This document shows positions 47,695-61,098 of a stretch of 64,000 nucleotides of DNA, one piece after another; the stretch's first letter is position 1; each line of letters begins with the position of its first letter. The notes beneath the pieces were generated by a model that worked only from the letters and a program-made list of their open reading frames with translations, was not told where the DNA came from and ran no database searches. The DNA comes from Penicillus capitatus (lineage: Eukaryota > Plantae > Chlorophyta). The translations under genes and the position numbers were made by a program. The DNA lies in assembly GCA_965649825.1 (NCBI GenBank), contig OZ287708.1, forward strand, positions 153,201 through 217,200, read 5' to 3'.

Positions 47695-49180
47695 TCATTC
47701 AGACAAGTACTGCGCCTCCAAGGACCTCCTCTCATTGCGGTCAGGAGTGGACAGCTCGGGCGCAAATGATTTCTCGAATGATCCGAAAGCAGCTCTCACA
47801 GCGCCCTCATGTTCCCTGTTCTTGCAGTAGACTCGGATGGATAGTCGTTGAATGGGTTCGATTTCTTCTGCCATGATGCCGATCTCCTCGAAACGCTCTT
47901 GATAGCACTTGACTCTGCGAATCGGATTCTTGTCCTTCATTCCACAGTCTGCATAGTTGTAGGATATGTGAATGTCTTCTGGCCTCAGATCGACCTGTTA
48001 GGAATGGCAGACATCTCTGTCGTCTATCAGGGTCTCACTTGGCCATCGGTTTTCTGTCGAGTGGTGATATCACTGGCAGTCACTTTGTTTGTCAGGAACC
48101 AAGGAATGTGGTTCTCGGGAATGGCCATTTCTCCACAGAGTGTGTACAGTCGTCTCGACTCAATCCTTCTGCACAGCTCCTTTGCTCTTTGAGCTCCGGG
48201 CGAGTTCGACTGATAGTGTTCGTAGACGTATTCCAGCAACGAATCTTTGAGTTTGAGGAACGCATCGGGATTGTGACTTCGAGCCGGCAGCTGCAGTTCA
48301 TGTCCCACATGATGCAAAGCATCGGCCACCATCAATCCAATGGCAACAGTTATCCTAAAAGCAATGTCATACACTACACCATCGCCACAAAAGATCGGAC
48401 TTGTGCTTGTAAACGACGCGATGCATTTTCATTCGATCTTTGAACATCTCAACAAAATTGCCGAGCTCACGCATCCGGAAGAGGATACTTCGATCATCCG
48501 TCTACGATCGGACCACGGCTGCATCGGTTCCTGATGAAGGGCCTGTCAAGCAGCTACCTTTGCAAAGTCGAGGAATCGGCCGTAGGGTGCAGAAACGGTG
48601 ACGTGGCTGTGAAGCGCATCCCTTTGCAGGTAGTCCATCTTATCCACATCGATGCCACTGCAACGGTTATTCACAATATCAAACAGATAAACGGGCAGTC
48701 CGCTGTAGTATTCCGCATGTGTGGGCTTCTCTCCAGCGATGAGATTCTGTATCGTGTCCATATCGTGGCGATTCAGATCAAAACGATCTTCAATGTCGTG
48801 TCGGTCAAAGATGTACTCCACCAGCGTCGAACCCATTTTCTCGTGGCACCTGACAAGCATCCGGTGGACAAATCATAAGGAAAGACAAATGCAGACCAGT
48901 TGCGAACGCCAAGGCTCGGGAGAATGGACTGTTCCCAAGCATGCGAGAAAGGTTTATGTCCCAGATCGTGACACAGACCGGCAATTTCGACAAGAGTGGC
49001 ACAGCGATCCATTTCCTCGTGAGGTAATCGATGACACTGCATGAGTGATCTGGCCCATTTTCCAGCAAGATGTCCAACACCCAAGCAGTGCTCAAATCGA
49101 TTATGTGAGGCACCGGGGTAGACATAGTAAGAAAAGCCGAGTTGCTTCAAATGACGCAATCTCTGGAATGGCTTGGTCAT
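47695..49180 (-). CDS. SAMHD1: SAMHD1-like HD-domain dNTP triphosphohydrolase, N-terminally truncated (may be a pseudogene)
   Basis: FQRLRHLKQLG..YYVYPGASHNRFEHCLGV, AGLCHDLGHKPFSH, DIVNNRCSGIDVDKMDYLQRD. The 5' end is replaced by inverted PEX1 sequence at 49168. Confidence 0.85.
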
Positions 49181-49467
49181 CCTCCAATTCCAGCACTGAA
49201 GCGAGACTGGTGGATAGCTCCAGAGTATCGTGCGTATGGATGATATCTCCTGTCCAGCACACCAGTCCTATGCGTTTGACGAGTCCGACGCTGCAGAGAT
49301 TGAGAACAAAAGGAAAGGGCTCGGAATCATGAGCCGATACAATCTGATGAGCAACACTGGCCGGGAGAGCAACCCAACAGTCATGGCGGTCCACGCATCT
49401 CACATGCAAAGGACTACAGACGGACAAATCTCTGCAGACGCTTGGCTCCGTCGACTTACTCCATGGG
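49168..49467 (-). pseudogene. PEX1: Duplicated PEX1 exons 1-2 (with upstream region to ~49750)
   Basis: Near-identical reverse complement of 16983-17279. Confidence 0.88.
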
Positions 49468-49748
49468 AAGATACGTTGAATGAGGGTGTCCTCGCGCGGA
49501 GACACTGTACGACAGTTGATGTCGTCGAAGAGATGCGTACGATGGTTACGCCAGAATCGCTGGATCGATGTTGGGTGGTATCGAGAAGACCGCATCGCCT
49601 TCGAAGCCGCAAACGCGGAAACGCGCGTGTCCACGTGACGACTCCGGGGAGAAAAGAGACGAGAAGAGCGTTCGAATCAGAGGCGGCACACCAGAAATAA
49701 CATCTCCGCCAGGCACAGGTCGCAGGCAGTGCTCCGAAAACACGGCAA

Positions 49749-50177
49749 ATGGCGAATGTGTTGTGTCTGCTGGCTATAGAAGAGGGTTTTCGCGACGGAG
49801 ACCATCGTCTCTCGTGGACGGCTGCCGTCCAGTTGTGCCAAGTGCGGTGGCCCTGGCCGCCGCAGGCACTAGCAGATGGACACATCTGCCTTTACGCAGC
49901 GTCGGACGATGCGGGACACATGGTGTTTCGTACGCAAGACGGCACAGTGCTGCTGGAACTGTGCCTCGACGAGACATGCCAGATCCTTAAGGGCATCAGT
50001 CCCAGAATGATGACCATCAACGGAACCTACATTCTGAAAGTATCTCTGCCTCTTTTTGATGGCACGGCTCTTGGATGCGAGATCTCTGTCGTCCTTGTCC
50101 AGATAGAAGACGCAGCGACGGCCGCTCGTTTTCACAAAGAGGCCTCCCGTTACACAGCACGCGTGCGTATGTTGTGA
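49749..50177 (+). CDS. Duplicate of hypothetical ORF 16261-16698
   Basis: 142-aa ORF with a few substitutions. Confidence 0.4.
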   Translation: MANVLCLLAIEEGFRDGDHRLSWTAAVQLCQVRWPWPPQALADGHICLYAASDDAGHMVFRTQDGTVLLELCLDETCQILKGISPRMMTINGTYILKVSLPLFDGTALGCEISVVLVQIEDAATAARFHKEASRYTARVRML

Positions 50178-50357
50178 AGGACGTGATGGGTCCAGTCGTA
50201 TCGAAGATGGCAAATGTCGTTTCTCTTCTGTCGCGAAAAACAATCGGGATCTCGATGTAATATCAAAGGGACATCCAGGACATCTGTTTCCTTACAGCCG
50301 CGCCCTCGTTAAACAACCGACAGACAGATACAGTGTCCATTGTTCAGTGGAACTGCC

Positions 50358-50990
50358 TCATGACAGCAGATCTTTGCGGTGGGCGTAGTTCGATTGGTAG
50401 AACTTCTGCAGGAACGGCGAGTCCGTCGACTTCTTGACAACGAGTTTTGGCTTTCCCATGGTATCGACATACTCCGCCATCTGCACCGCGACAGCCATTC
50501 AATCCACTCGCTCGCTCGAACCATCCCCGTACCAGGTGGTGTCTCTGCTTGAAGTGATTCATGATCAGCTACAGTCACACGTTCGGTCAGGTAAAGAGTG
50601 AGAACTCAACGCGTGCGGTGTACCGAAAGCTCCTCGTTGCCTTTCACGAGAAGGTTGCTGATGGCCTAATGCAGACGAGCATGACAGTGGCAGTCATGGG
50701 CAGGGACATGTACTCGTGTGTCCTTCACGTGAGCATGGTCTCTGATTTTCTGCGCGATCTTCTTGCGCACGACTGGAGGCGTTGCCACTTCATCGAGCTG
50801 ATACGCCTGCAGAACGTAAGGAACGCAGCGGCAGCACTGAAAGGCAAGAAGCACAGGGTGGTTGGTGTCGGGCGCGTCAGGCAGAGATGCCGACCGCTCG
50901 GAAGAAGTCCGTGACGCTGGCGGAGGTCGGAGAAGCGACGGCGATCGGCGTCGCGTTCTTGAGACGAGCGATGATTTTTCCAGTGGCCAT
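50358..50990 (-). CDS. NDUFA6: NDUFA6/B14 duplicate (copy 3)
   Basis: Five exons and splice sites retained; changes mostly intronic plus a few missense. Confidence 0.78.
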
Positions 50991-53070
50991 TCTCAGCGCC
51001 GACCGTAATGCAACGCTTGACGAATCTTCAAAATGCTCTACGGCAAGATGATCATGCATCTCCTGACAAGAGCACGACTGTGGCGGCGGCTGCCGACGCG
51101 CGTCGCGCGTTCAGAGTTCGATCTTTCCCTCGTGCTCCGCCCAGTGATATATCGGTTGCTGAATAAAACGGCACCTGGCCACGTCTGAGAGCGAGCTGTC
51201 CTAGGGGTGGAATGCGCTGCAGCTCAGTCGTCTTTCCTCTCCGACCGTCCGTAGTACAGTGATAGATTAAGATGCTTGCTCTGGGCTACTGCTTTCTGAA
51301 GAACAAGCGCAAAATAAAGGTACCCAGGCACAACTCGGATTAATCTGAAAGGCACAGACGCAAAGCGCAAGATGCTCAGGCGTACAGCGCGCTGCGCGGA
51401 TGGATGCGTTGAGAGATCACTGACAGCAGTGAGGAGGACGATGAAACTGACGGCGGGCAGCTGCCACAGTCCAGAACGACGCACGGCAGTGGCAAGGCAG
51501 AGTACTTGACGCGCATTCGCGCCTCGAATCCACGTCCGTCAGCTCTCTGAGCATCGTGCTCGCGCAGCTGCGTCGGAAGGGTAGGGACAGAATCCAGGAC
51601 AGGCATCATCATCCCCTTCTAGCTCGCTCCGATTTGCCAGCCGAAAAATCGAGGAGCGGACAGTCGCACTCCGTTGGCGCGCCCATTCGTCGCGAGCAAA
51701 CTCTCTCTCATCCGAAATCGTTTACCGTCTGCAGAGCGCAACACTCACTGTGCGTTCTCTCTAGCACCGTTGTTTTGAGGACGCTTTGTTATGCGAATGC
51801 ATTCCTCGATATCGATCCAACGCGCCGACGTCGACACGCATCTCGTCGCTCCGTGAGGGATGCCGAGTCGCTGGTCCGAACGGCAGAGCCGAGAGCAGGC
51901 GTGACTGCAGAGTCTGTCGTTCATGCGTTCCGCAGTGCATTTGCCGCACGAGAGAACATCGCCGGCGCTGGCGACATCGTCCAGGAACGCCCCGCGCGCA
52001 GAACACTCGACGGCAGTTGTTCGTCTTTCACTACAGAGATCTTCGACAAGTGGTCTCCGAACAGAAGACGGACGTTCTCCGTCACAGCCCTCATAAAATC
52101 AGAACTCGCCAGACACTAGAAAAAAACGCCATGGTCGATTCCGATAAGGATGCAGCAGCATACCATCGCTTTCTAGTGGCAATCCACCACTTTGGTGCGC
52201 TCTGCACTGTGGAACACGCCGGAAATAAAGAAGGCGATGGCATCGGATCGAGACTGGCCTCGACTGCGATCGACAGCGCCATCAGACAGGTTGTCTGCAA
52301 AACTGCCCGATCTATGGCTTCGCAGACAGAGCAGCAATCTTGCACAGCAGCCACACAACGCGATAGAACTTCGCTGATCGGAGCGAACGGTGTCCTCTAA
52401 GGCACTCCCTCGAGGCTGTGCGCGAGCATTAGCTAAAACGACGACTCCGCGGCCGTCCGCTTCTCGCAGAAGGCGTCGTCGGTTCCGCCTTCCATGTTCG
52501 AGGGAGTTAGGACCAACGACATCTCCTCAAACCGACTCGCGTTACACCGCGCAGAACGCTCTGTCGACGGCGTTTGCGACGGAGACGCCCGAAACAGAAG
52601 GCCCTCTCGACGCAGAGTCCGCGCCGATCCTGCGAACGATAGAGACCGCCTCATTCCTCTGCCCAGGCAACGCGGAGCTGGCTCGAGCGGTTGGCCGTTC
52701 GCAGAATCGCGTCGGAACAGCCGCAGAGAACGCATGCGCGTTACACTCAGAGCGGAGCACACGGACAAACTGTAAGAAATTTCTTCTGTAAAACACTTCA
52801 CAAAGTGTCCAGAAGCGTTCTCCCGTTCGCGTCGCGGATCCGACGACAGTGCTTAGCGTTTCTGGACGTCTGTCGGCCGATCGTTTGTCCGGCGGCGCTG
52901 CATGCGCCGCCAAACGGCCACGGTTCGCAGCCGCCACCCGCAGGTCGCGCTCGGCAACCGAGGCGGCCTATAAAGGTCTTGTCTCAGATCCTTCCGCACT
53001 CGAGTTTCCGAGTTCTTGCGCTCTGTTTTCTGAGTTCTTGCTGATGTTTTCTGCGACCTCAGCGACCACG

Positions 53071-54194
53071 ATGGCTGATGCTCACATGACCACCGAGGAT
53101 GATTACGGATATCCGGGAAGACCGTAAGTCCACTGGCCATGTTTCGACGCGCCGCGCGCTACAGGGCTTCTCGACTGCGGCCAGAACGCTTTTCATGCGC
53201 ACGCATGCGTCCGGCTGCAGTCGAGGAGCCCCGTAGCGCGCGGCGCGTCTGCTCTTCGAGATCTCTGACCCTTGTGTGTTATGTAGATTCTCCCAAGTGA
53301 CTTTGCCGGAGGTCCTAGGCGACCGACCGCCCAGGGCCTTCCAGGGCATGAGTCCGGCCGAGCGTGAGCAGTTGTACTGGGATTTGAAAGCCCAGACAAC
53401 TGCTCAGAGGGGTCAGCAGCACCTCGCGGCGCAGACCCCTCCTGTGAGGTTTGGACCCAATAGGGTCCAAACCCCACAGCCTCGGCCGGTACGGCGCGCT
53501 AGGGTCCTCTCCTCGGAGGGGAGGAGAGCGCGGCTGGCCCAAGAGGGCCGGCCTGCAGCCCCTCCGCCCTCCCAGCCTGCCCAGCCTGCAGCGCCGCCGC
53601 CAATCCAGCCTTCTGCCGCCTCCCAGTCGGCCGCGCCGCCGCCAATCCAGCCGCCAGCCTCGCATCCTGCCCCTCCGAGAGCCGCGCCGCCTCAGGCCCA
53701 GCCGCCACAGCCTCCAGTCTCCCAGCCGCCACAGCCTCCAGTCTCCCAGCCAGTTCTTATGGAGTGGTCCCCTGCGGCACCAACCGCACTGCCAACCTCC
53801 CAACCTACCCAGTTCCCTATTTTTCCTCCCCGGCCACAAGTATACTGTATTCCTGCATCCCCCCCTCCTTCAATTCCTTCACGTCCCTTTTTCCTCTCCC
53901 TCCATTCGCAGCCACCTGCCTTTCCAGAACGCACGTCTTTGTATTCCATCACCCGCCCATCTGTCATTCCACCCCGTCCGTTCATCTTTTCGGTCGGCCC
54001 TCTAGGTATCCCTCCCAGGCCCTATTTCCTTTCTGGCCAGTGCATTCAGATCTGCCCACCAGCCATCCCGCAAAGAATGTACTTCATGTCGGGACAATGC
54101 GTAAGTTAAACTATTCTTTAGTCTCTCTTATGGTTTTTTTGCTATGTAGATTTCTATCCAGAATTGGCCTGTATGGGGAGCTAGATCTGGTTAA
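53071..54194 (+). CDS. Novel proline-rich protein, copy U4, the most divergent (303 aa; exons 53071-53123, 53287-54100, 54150-54194)
   Basis: MADAHMTTEDDYGYPGRP|FSQVTLPEVLGDRPPRAF...YFMSGQC|ISIQNWPVWGARSG*. Spliced length 912 nt is in frame. Confidence 0.85.
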
Positions 54195-54379
54195 TTTTTT
54201 TATAAGCTGTTTTCCTTGGGGGTAGATGAAAAAAATAAAAAAAAAATAAAAAGGGGCTGTTTTCTTTCTTTTGATGTTTCTCTGCCATTCCACCTTCGCT
54301 TTGTTGTGGTTGGCTCTGTGTTAGCTGTTTTTTTGCTTATAGGCTGTCGAAGCGCGTTCCTTGTTTTTTTACTTGGCGA

Positions 54380-55090
54380 CTGCTGTGTAGTATCTGCTGT
54401 GATTGATGGCTGGAGGCTGGATGATCTACCTGCTCTATTGCTGTTGAGGAGGCTGGAGCCCGACATGGATGATCTACCTGCCGTATTGCTGTTGAGGAGG
54501 CTGGAGCCCGACATGGATGATCTATATGCCGTTATTAGAGGTAGACGGCAGTCTGGGATGATCTGTTATCTGCTCTGTTGCGATTGGAAACATTCGTCGA
54601 TTGCTTACTTGACGTAAGGCGGCTAGTGGAGGCCGTATTACATGATCTACTCGCTTCTCTGTTGTGACTGGATGCGGAAAGCCGCTAGGATTGTCTACCT
54701 GCTGCTATTGGAGGCTGGAAACTGTCTCAGATGTCTTAGTGCTGTATTGCTGCGAACGGAGGCTGTCATTGATGTTCTGCTTGCTGTGATTGAAGACTAA
54801 AAAACCGTCATGGATGATCAGTTTGCTGGCTGCTGATGGAGGCTGGCTGGAAACATCCCTGACGATCTATTTGCTGACTGGCTGCTGATGGAGGCCCTGA
54901 GGCCGACACATATGTTCTACTTGTTGCCATTGGATGCTGGAGGATGTCTCGCATGATCTACTCGCTGCTCTGTTGCGACTGGAGGCTGAAAGCCGTTAGG
55001 ATTATCTACCTGCTGTACTGCTGCTGTCGGAGGCTGGAGGCCGACTTGGATGATCTGTTAGCTGCCTGCTGTCATTGGACCTCCGTCGTC
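54380..55090. repeat. Decayed type-A repeat tract
   Basis: Tandem duplication ATGGATGATCTACCTGC...GGAGGCTGGAGCCCGAC at 54420-54515. Homologous to the U1 and U2 tracts. Confidence 0.7.
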
Positions 55091-55194
55091 TTCGCCCTAC
55101 CTGATGTCTAGCAGCTGCTGGTGACCGTCACAGACAATCTGTTTGCCGTTCTTGTTGCTGCTGAAGACCGTCGTCTGGGCCCAACCCATTGTCC

Positions 55195-56290
55195 GGCCGC
55201 CGCCCGAGACACAAAGAGGCGTCCACCTGACGTCTCACCGCCGCCAGAGACACAATAAGGCGTCCACCTGACGTCTCACCGCCGCCAGAGACACAAAGAG
55301 GCGTCCACCTGACGTCTCACCGCCGCCAGAGACACAAAGAGGCGTCCACCTGACGTCTCATCGCCGCCAGAGAAGGAGACAGGCGTCCACCTGACGTCTC
55401 ACCGCCGCCAGAGAAGGAGACAGGCGTCCACCTGACGTCTCACCGCCGCCAGAGAAGGAGACAGGCGTCCACCTGACGTCTCACCGCCGCCAGAGAAGGA
55501 GACAGGCGTCCACCTGACGTCTCACCGCCGCCAGAGAAGGAGACAGGCGTCCACCTGACGTCTCACCGCCGCCAGAGAAGGAGACAGGCGTCCACCTGAC
55601 GTCTCACCGCCGCCAGAGAAGGAGACAGGCGTCCACCTGACGTCTCACCGCCGCCAGAGAAGGAGACAGGCGTCCACCTGACGTCTCACCGCCGCCAGAG
55701 ACACAAAGAGGCGTCCACCTGACGTCTCACCGCCGCCAGAGACACAAAGAGGCGTCCACCTGACGTCTCACCGCCGCCAGAGAAAGAGACAGGCGTCACT
55801 CTGACGTCTTTCCGCCGCCGGAGAGAGAGAGGCGTCCAACCTGACGCTTGGCCGCTTCCTGAGAGAGAGGCGTCCAACCTGACGCTTGGCCGCTGCCTGA
55901 GAGAGAGGCGTCCAACCTGACGCTTGGCCGCCGCCAGAGAAAGAGACAGACGTCACTCTGACGCCTGGCCGCCGCCGGAGAGAAAGACAGGCGTCCAACC
56001 TGACGCTTGGCCGCTGCCTGAGAGAGAGGCGTCCACCTGACGCCTTTCCGCCGCCGCCGGAGAGAAAGACAGGCGTCCAACCTGACGCCTGGCCGCTGCC
56101 AGAGAAAGAGAGAGGCGTCCAACCTGACGCCTGGCCGCTGCCAGAGAAAGAGAGAGGCGTCCAACCTGACGTCTTTCCGCTGCCGCCGAAGAGAGAGGCG
56201 TCCACCTGACGTCTTTCCGCCGCCGAAGAGAGAGGCGTCCACCTGACGTCTTTCCGCCGCCGAAGAGAGAGGAGTCCACCTGACGTCTGG
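55195..56290. repeat. Array type C: ~14 x 41 bp, then variable 37-43 bp units
   Basis: GGCGTCCACCTGACGTCTCACCGCCGCCAGAGA plus variable AGGAGACA / CACAAAGA / CACAATAA. Confidence 0.96.
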
Positions 56291-57230
56291 CCGCCGATGA
56301 AGACAGCAATGGGCGACCAGCCCACCGCTCTGGAGGTCACCGGAGGCCATCCTTCCGCTCTGGCCGCCAGTGGAGGCGGTAATGGCGGCCAACAATCATC
56401 TGGCCGTCGCTGGAAACCGACCCAACGCTCTGGCCGCCAGTGGAGGCGGCAATGGCGGCCGACAATCATCTGGCCGTCGACGAAGGCCATCCTTCCGCTC
56501 TGGCTGCCCCTGGAGGCAGCCAGAGCACCCTACTTGATCTCTCGGTGCCACTCGAGGCAGCAATGGGCGACCAGCCCAACGCTCTGGCTGCCAGTGGAGG
56601 CAGCCAGGGCACCCTACCTGATCTCTCGCTGCCACTCGAGGCAGCAATGGGCGACCAGCCCAACGCTCTGGCTGCCAGTGGAGGCAGCCAGGGCACCCTA
56701 CCTGATCTCTCGCTGCCACTCGAGGCAGCAATGGGCGACCAGCCCACCGCTCTGGCTGCCAGTGGAGGCAGCCAGGGCACCCTACCTGATCTCTCGCTGC
56801 CACTCGAGGCAGCAATGGGCGACCAGCCCACCGCTCTGGCTGCCAGTGGAGGCAGCCAGAGCACTCTACCTACCTGCTCTGGCCGCCAGTGGAGGCGGCT
56901 ATGGCGGCTGACTGACATCTGGCCGTCGCTGGAGGCCGACCCTCACGCTCTGGCTGCCAGTGGAGGCAGCCAGAGCACTCTACCTACCTGCTCTGGCCGC
57001 CAGTGGAGGCGGCAATAACGGCCGACACTCATATGGCCGTCGCTGGAGGCCAACCCTCACGCTCTGGCTGCCAGTGGAGGCAGCCAGCGCACCCTACCTA
57101 ATGCTCTTCCCGCCAAAGGAGGCGGCAATGGCGGCCGACTGACATCTGGCCGTCACTCAAGGCCTACCTTCTGCTCTGGCTGCCAGTGGAGGCGGCTATG
57201 GCGGCCGATTCGACATCTGGCCGCCGCCGG
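56290..57230. repeat. Hairpin-monomer array type B
   Basis: CTGGCTGCC-AGTGGA-GGCAGCCAG alternating with GCTGCC-ACTCGA-GGCAGC. Confidence 0.93.
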
Positions 57231-58740
57231 ACAATTACTGGCGTCCAACTGACGCCTGGCAGCCGCTGGAGAAAGAGAGGCGTCCAATCTGATGGCTGTC
57301 TGTGATTGGTGTCAGTGCTCTTTTAGGGTGACCTTCCGCGCCGCACTGTAAGCTCTTATATCGTACAGTTGCATTTTCTTATTTTTTTCTGTAGACTTTG
57401 TGACGGGCCGGGCGACTTTTCTTCCGTGCACCACCGTTATCAGACCTGTCCACTTAACATCTCACTCTTAAGTCGCTTTGCTGAGAGCTATGATTCTATA
57501 GCTACAGTTTTAATATGTTATCAAAGCCTTCTACCTTTTTTACCTCTTATGTTTCGAGCACACAAGAAAGTACGACATCAGATTTCTTAGTTTTGGAAAG
57601 AGTAATGTGACGAGAGAATAAAGTGCAGTCAAAGACCGTGCGTAATCTTCCCTGTGTCGAATGCACTAGACGATTTTAAGGAACTTCAGCTGCCAGCGCG
57701 TTTATCTCAGATGGAGATTGCCTCCGCAGAATAGAATGCAGCATGGCGGCGGCGCCTGCCTATCTTGTCCTACAGAGATGACGACGTGTGCTCGCGAATG
57801 AGAGAGTATTACACCACCACTGTGATCGAGTTCAATTCTTTTTCTTAAATGTTGTTGACGTTTACAATGTGTGTATGGTGTAATGTGTGTGACGTCAACG
57901 TTTAATATGTGCGTTTCTTATTCTATGCAAACAGTCAAGGAACACAGCGTTAAGAATGAACAAGGTATATCAACCTGATGAAGTACAATAAACAACATCA
58001 AGAACAACTTTACAGTCTTAGAGCATGCAGGAGTCAGCTTTCATAGATTGTGCCAGCTGAAGGATGACTCGGACATCCAGACACCAATGAATAGGAACTC
58101 AATGCACGCGACAACCGAATGCAGTTTTTAATTCCAGTCTATATATGAATCTCGGCGTCAGCAACGTTCGGCAGTCTGATAGGCAGCAACAAAGCATATT
58201 AAGGGGCAGTAATAGGTGCTTCATGGAGAAGCAAGATGAAAACTAATGAGCGAAACCGGCACACATCTCAGCCATTGAGTCAAAGGGGATAGATGGCATG
58301 ATGACTCAGTGCGGTGAGCATCACAGATCCGTCATGCGTGTGTTGGAATGGATACCGACCAAGGGTGCCGCGAGAAGCTTACAGGTATGCTTCCCTGGAT
58401 TTTGTATGCGGACGCGCATGATGCCACAGACAGATAGACGCCAAACGCGAAACGTCTGCCGGGCAGATAGTGGGATAGATATCACTGATTTGAAAACATG
58501 TACTTTCAGAACAGTCCTGTCCGTCGACTGTCCTCTTATCGTGGATAAATAACATCATTGAGCAGTTTGGCCATTTCGGCGGAATTTGGCGATGGAGGCG
58601 ATCGACGAAACGTCCAAAGCAACAGACAAAAACGTCCTGGCGGCGGGAAGCGAAGACATTTACACAACAGATTCGGCGGGGCCCCCTCTCTCAGGTATCT
58701 CGTGATAGGGCGAATGCTCGCTCGTATCGATGACAGTCCG

Positions 58741-59425
58741 TCACACCACGTTGTCATCAACGTCGTTCTCTTGCGTCGATCGGTCGAGTCGATCATGAGC
58801 CTTGGCGAAACTCTCTTGCACAACTGCTACGAATCGCATCTCCATTTCTCGCGTCCTGCGTTTCTCATGTAGAATCTGATTACGAAAGCAGGCAGGTACG
58901 CCATATCATCATTCATGATCCCTCAACACGAGAGACACAGAGACGCACATTGTTTTTCAGTTCTCGGACGATCGAAGCATGCTCTCTCGCCACGCGCTCG
59001 TTTTCGTTATTCTTTTCTTGAAGTGAGGTTCTGAGTTCAGCGAGGTCAGCGTTAGCTCTTTCCAGATGCTCTTGCATCTCTCGTTTCTCTTCCTATTCAC
59101 CGGGCAATAGTCATGCTCTCAGCGCAGGAGGCGTCGCGGATGCCTACCTCTGCCTTGGCACGCAGACTGTTCGTTACGGCGACGATATGACCAGATGCTT
59201 CGTCCAGATTCTGTTGTGCTCGTTGTAAACGCGTTCTCCATTCTGCCTCCAACTGACGTGCCCGATTCACCTGCACCAGAGAAGACTGTTATCCCGATCC
59301 CGCCGCGAATGCATGAGTAAACAAAACGCCTCTCGATTCTTCTCGTGGATCAGACGCTGCAAAAACGCGATCTCGTTTTGCGCTTGTCGCAATGTCTGTT
59401 GGTCAGAAGGTGTTTTTAATTCCAT
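58741..59425 (-). CDS. Coiled-coil protein of unknown function (4 exons); donor of the captured fragments
   Basis: Spliced product MELKTPSDQQTLRQAQNEIAFLQRLIHEKNRE|VNRARQLEAEWRTRLQ...|EEKREMQEHLERANADLAEL...|ILHEKRRTREMEMRF...VV* is heptad-like. The first intron needs a GC donor. Confidence 0.7.
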
Positions 59426-59636
59426 CGCCTGTTCTCTTCCTGACGAGAGTGTGTAAAATTGACAGGCGAAACAACTACAAATGATTTGACATTTTCGTCA
59501 ACGCGTTTAGAAAAAGAATCCCAACCATGCACATCTTGCAAGCTCGCACAGCATCCAAAAAGAACGAAACGTCGTCTTTCTGAAACACTGAGTTGTACAT
59601 CGTGAATGCACAAGGCATATTAAGAGAATAAAGAAT

Positions 59637-61098
59637 CTAATACAGTCGATTCAGAATGTAGTTGGTCATTAACTGAAGCGAATGCTTTGCTGGAGAGTCC
59701 AGCAAATCCGACAGAGCAGCACGCGCCTAGAGAACGCGATCGTCAGTGAAGAGGCATGACGGCGATGATGTGACAGCAACCTTCAGAGCCTCGTCCGATG
59801 CGTACTGCATGGCATCTGCAATGCCACCGACGGACTTGGTAAGCTGAATAGCATTTTCCAGAGATCCATCCTCTCTGAACTCTTCTTCGATCAACTCCCG
59901 CAATTCCGTAGACTTACGCAGTGCAAAGATAACGGGAGCTGTCAGATTTCCACTCGCCAGATCTTGACCCTGTAGACGCAACACAGCAAGGGACTCGACA
60001 AGCGAATTTTTGGGGACAGAGAAAGTGCCTGCGGTTTTCCAAGTATCTCTGTCGATTGCGTAAAGTCCAGAATATCATCCACCACTTGAAAGGCAAGACC
60101 GAGATGCTTGCCATAAGCATACATGGCAGCCTTTCCTGCCTCGTCCAGACCTACAGTACTCTCAGTGTAGAGGGCGATGCGCGACAGGGGTAGGTACCGC
60201 TGAAGATGGCAGAGGCTCGGCAGCTGGCAGCGATCAGCGATGCTGTTTTGAAGAAACTTTTGTTCATGTACTTCTCCAATGTGGTCTCCGTGTCGAACAG
60301 GACAGATGCTTGGCTGATCTCCCCATTGGCAAAATCTGCAATGACCTGACTGATCAATTTGATCACTTCCAGATTTTCGAGATTCGCCAGGTTCCATGAA
60401 GACTGAGCAAACAAGAAATCTCCAACCAGCACAGCCATTCGTGTCCCATACAGGCGATTGACTGTGGCCTTTCCTGGACACACTCAGTCAGCAAAGAAAA
60501 CGCCTCGCTCATTTCTGACCTCTCCGCATGTAACACTCATCAATCACATCGTCATGAACCAGACTCGCCGTGTGGATCATCTCGGTGATCTCTGCCAGTC
60601 TTCGGTGCTTTTCCGTCAGCTCACTTCAGAAAATGCCTGTTAGATAGAGGGCGTGCAGGTATGCAGGTTTCACCCGTTTTCTGCCGTGGCGCGAGCAATC
60701 AGTAGAACCAACAGAGGGCGAAGGCGTTTCCCTCCTGCCCCAAAAATCTGCTCCGCTGCTGCTAAGAGCAATGGATGTCGCTCCCCGATCGATTCCTTGA
60801 GATTCGTGTCGAGAATTTGCAGATCGTTTTCCACCGGTGTCACAATCTCTCCTAATGTTACTGGCGTTGCCATATTCTGCATCTCGCTCGCGTCACGACG
60901 ACAGACACTTCTGTGATCATTGCACCTGTTCGGCGTCGGCGTTGAAAGAAGACGGTGTGGAGCTTTGTGTTTTGGCCGTTTCGTTGTGCAAAGTTGCATG
61001 AACGCTCGACACGCCTTGAGTGTACTTGCGAGCGTTGTGGATAGACCCTCGCGTTTTCCGCATACGTCCTTCGTTGCTGAAACCATCTGGACGCACAC
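59637..61098 (-). CDS. SPS: Plastid solanesyl diphosphate synthase (trans-long-chain prenyltransferase)
   Basis: [21 protein letters not shown] (FARM), [42 protein letters not shown] (SARM), [15 protein letters not shown]. Confidence 0.92.

Larger units (their letters stand above)
49168..58327 (+). mobile_element. Cassette copy U4 with the longest captured flank
   Basis: Carries the inverted 17279-13340 flank, Pro-rich gene, decayed A, C, B and the terminal segment ending CATCACAGA at 58327. Confidence 0.5.
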
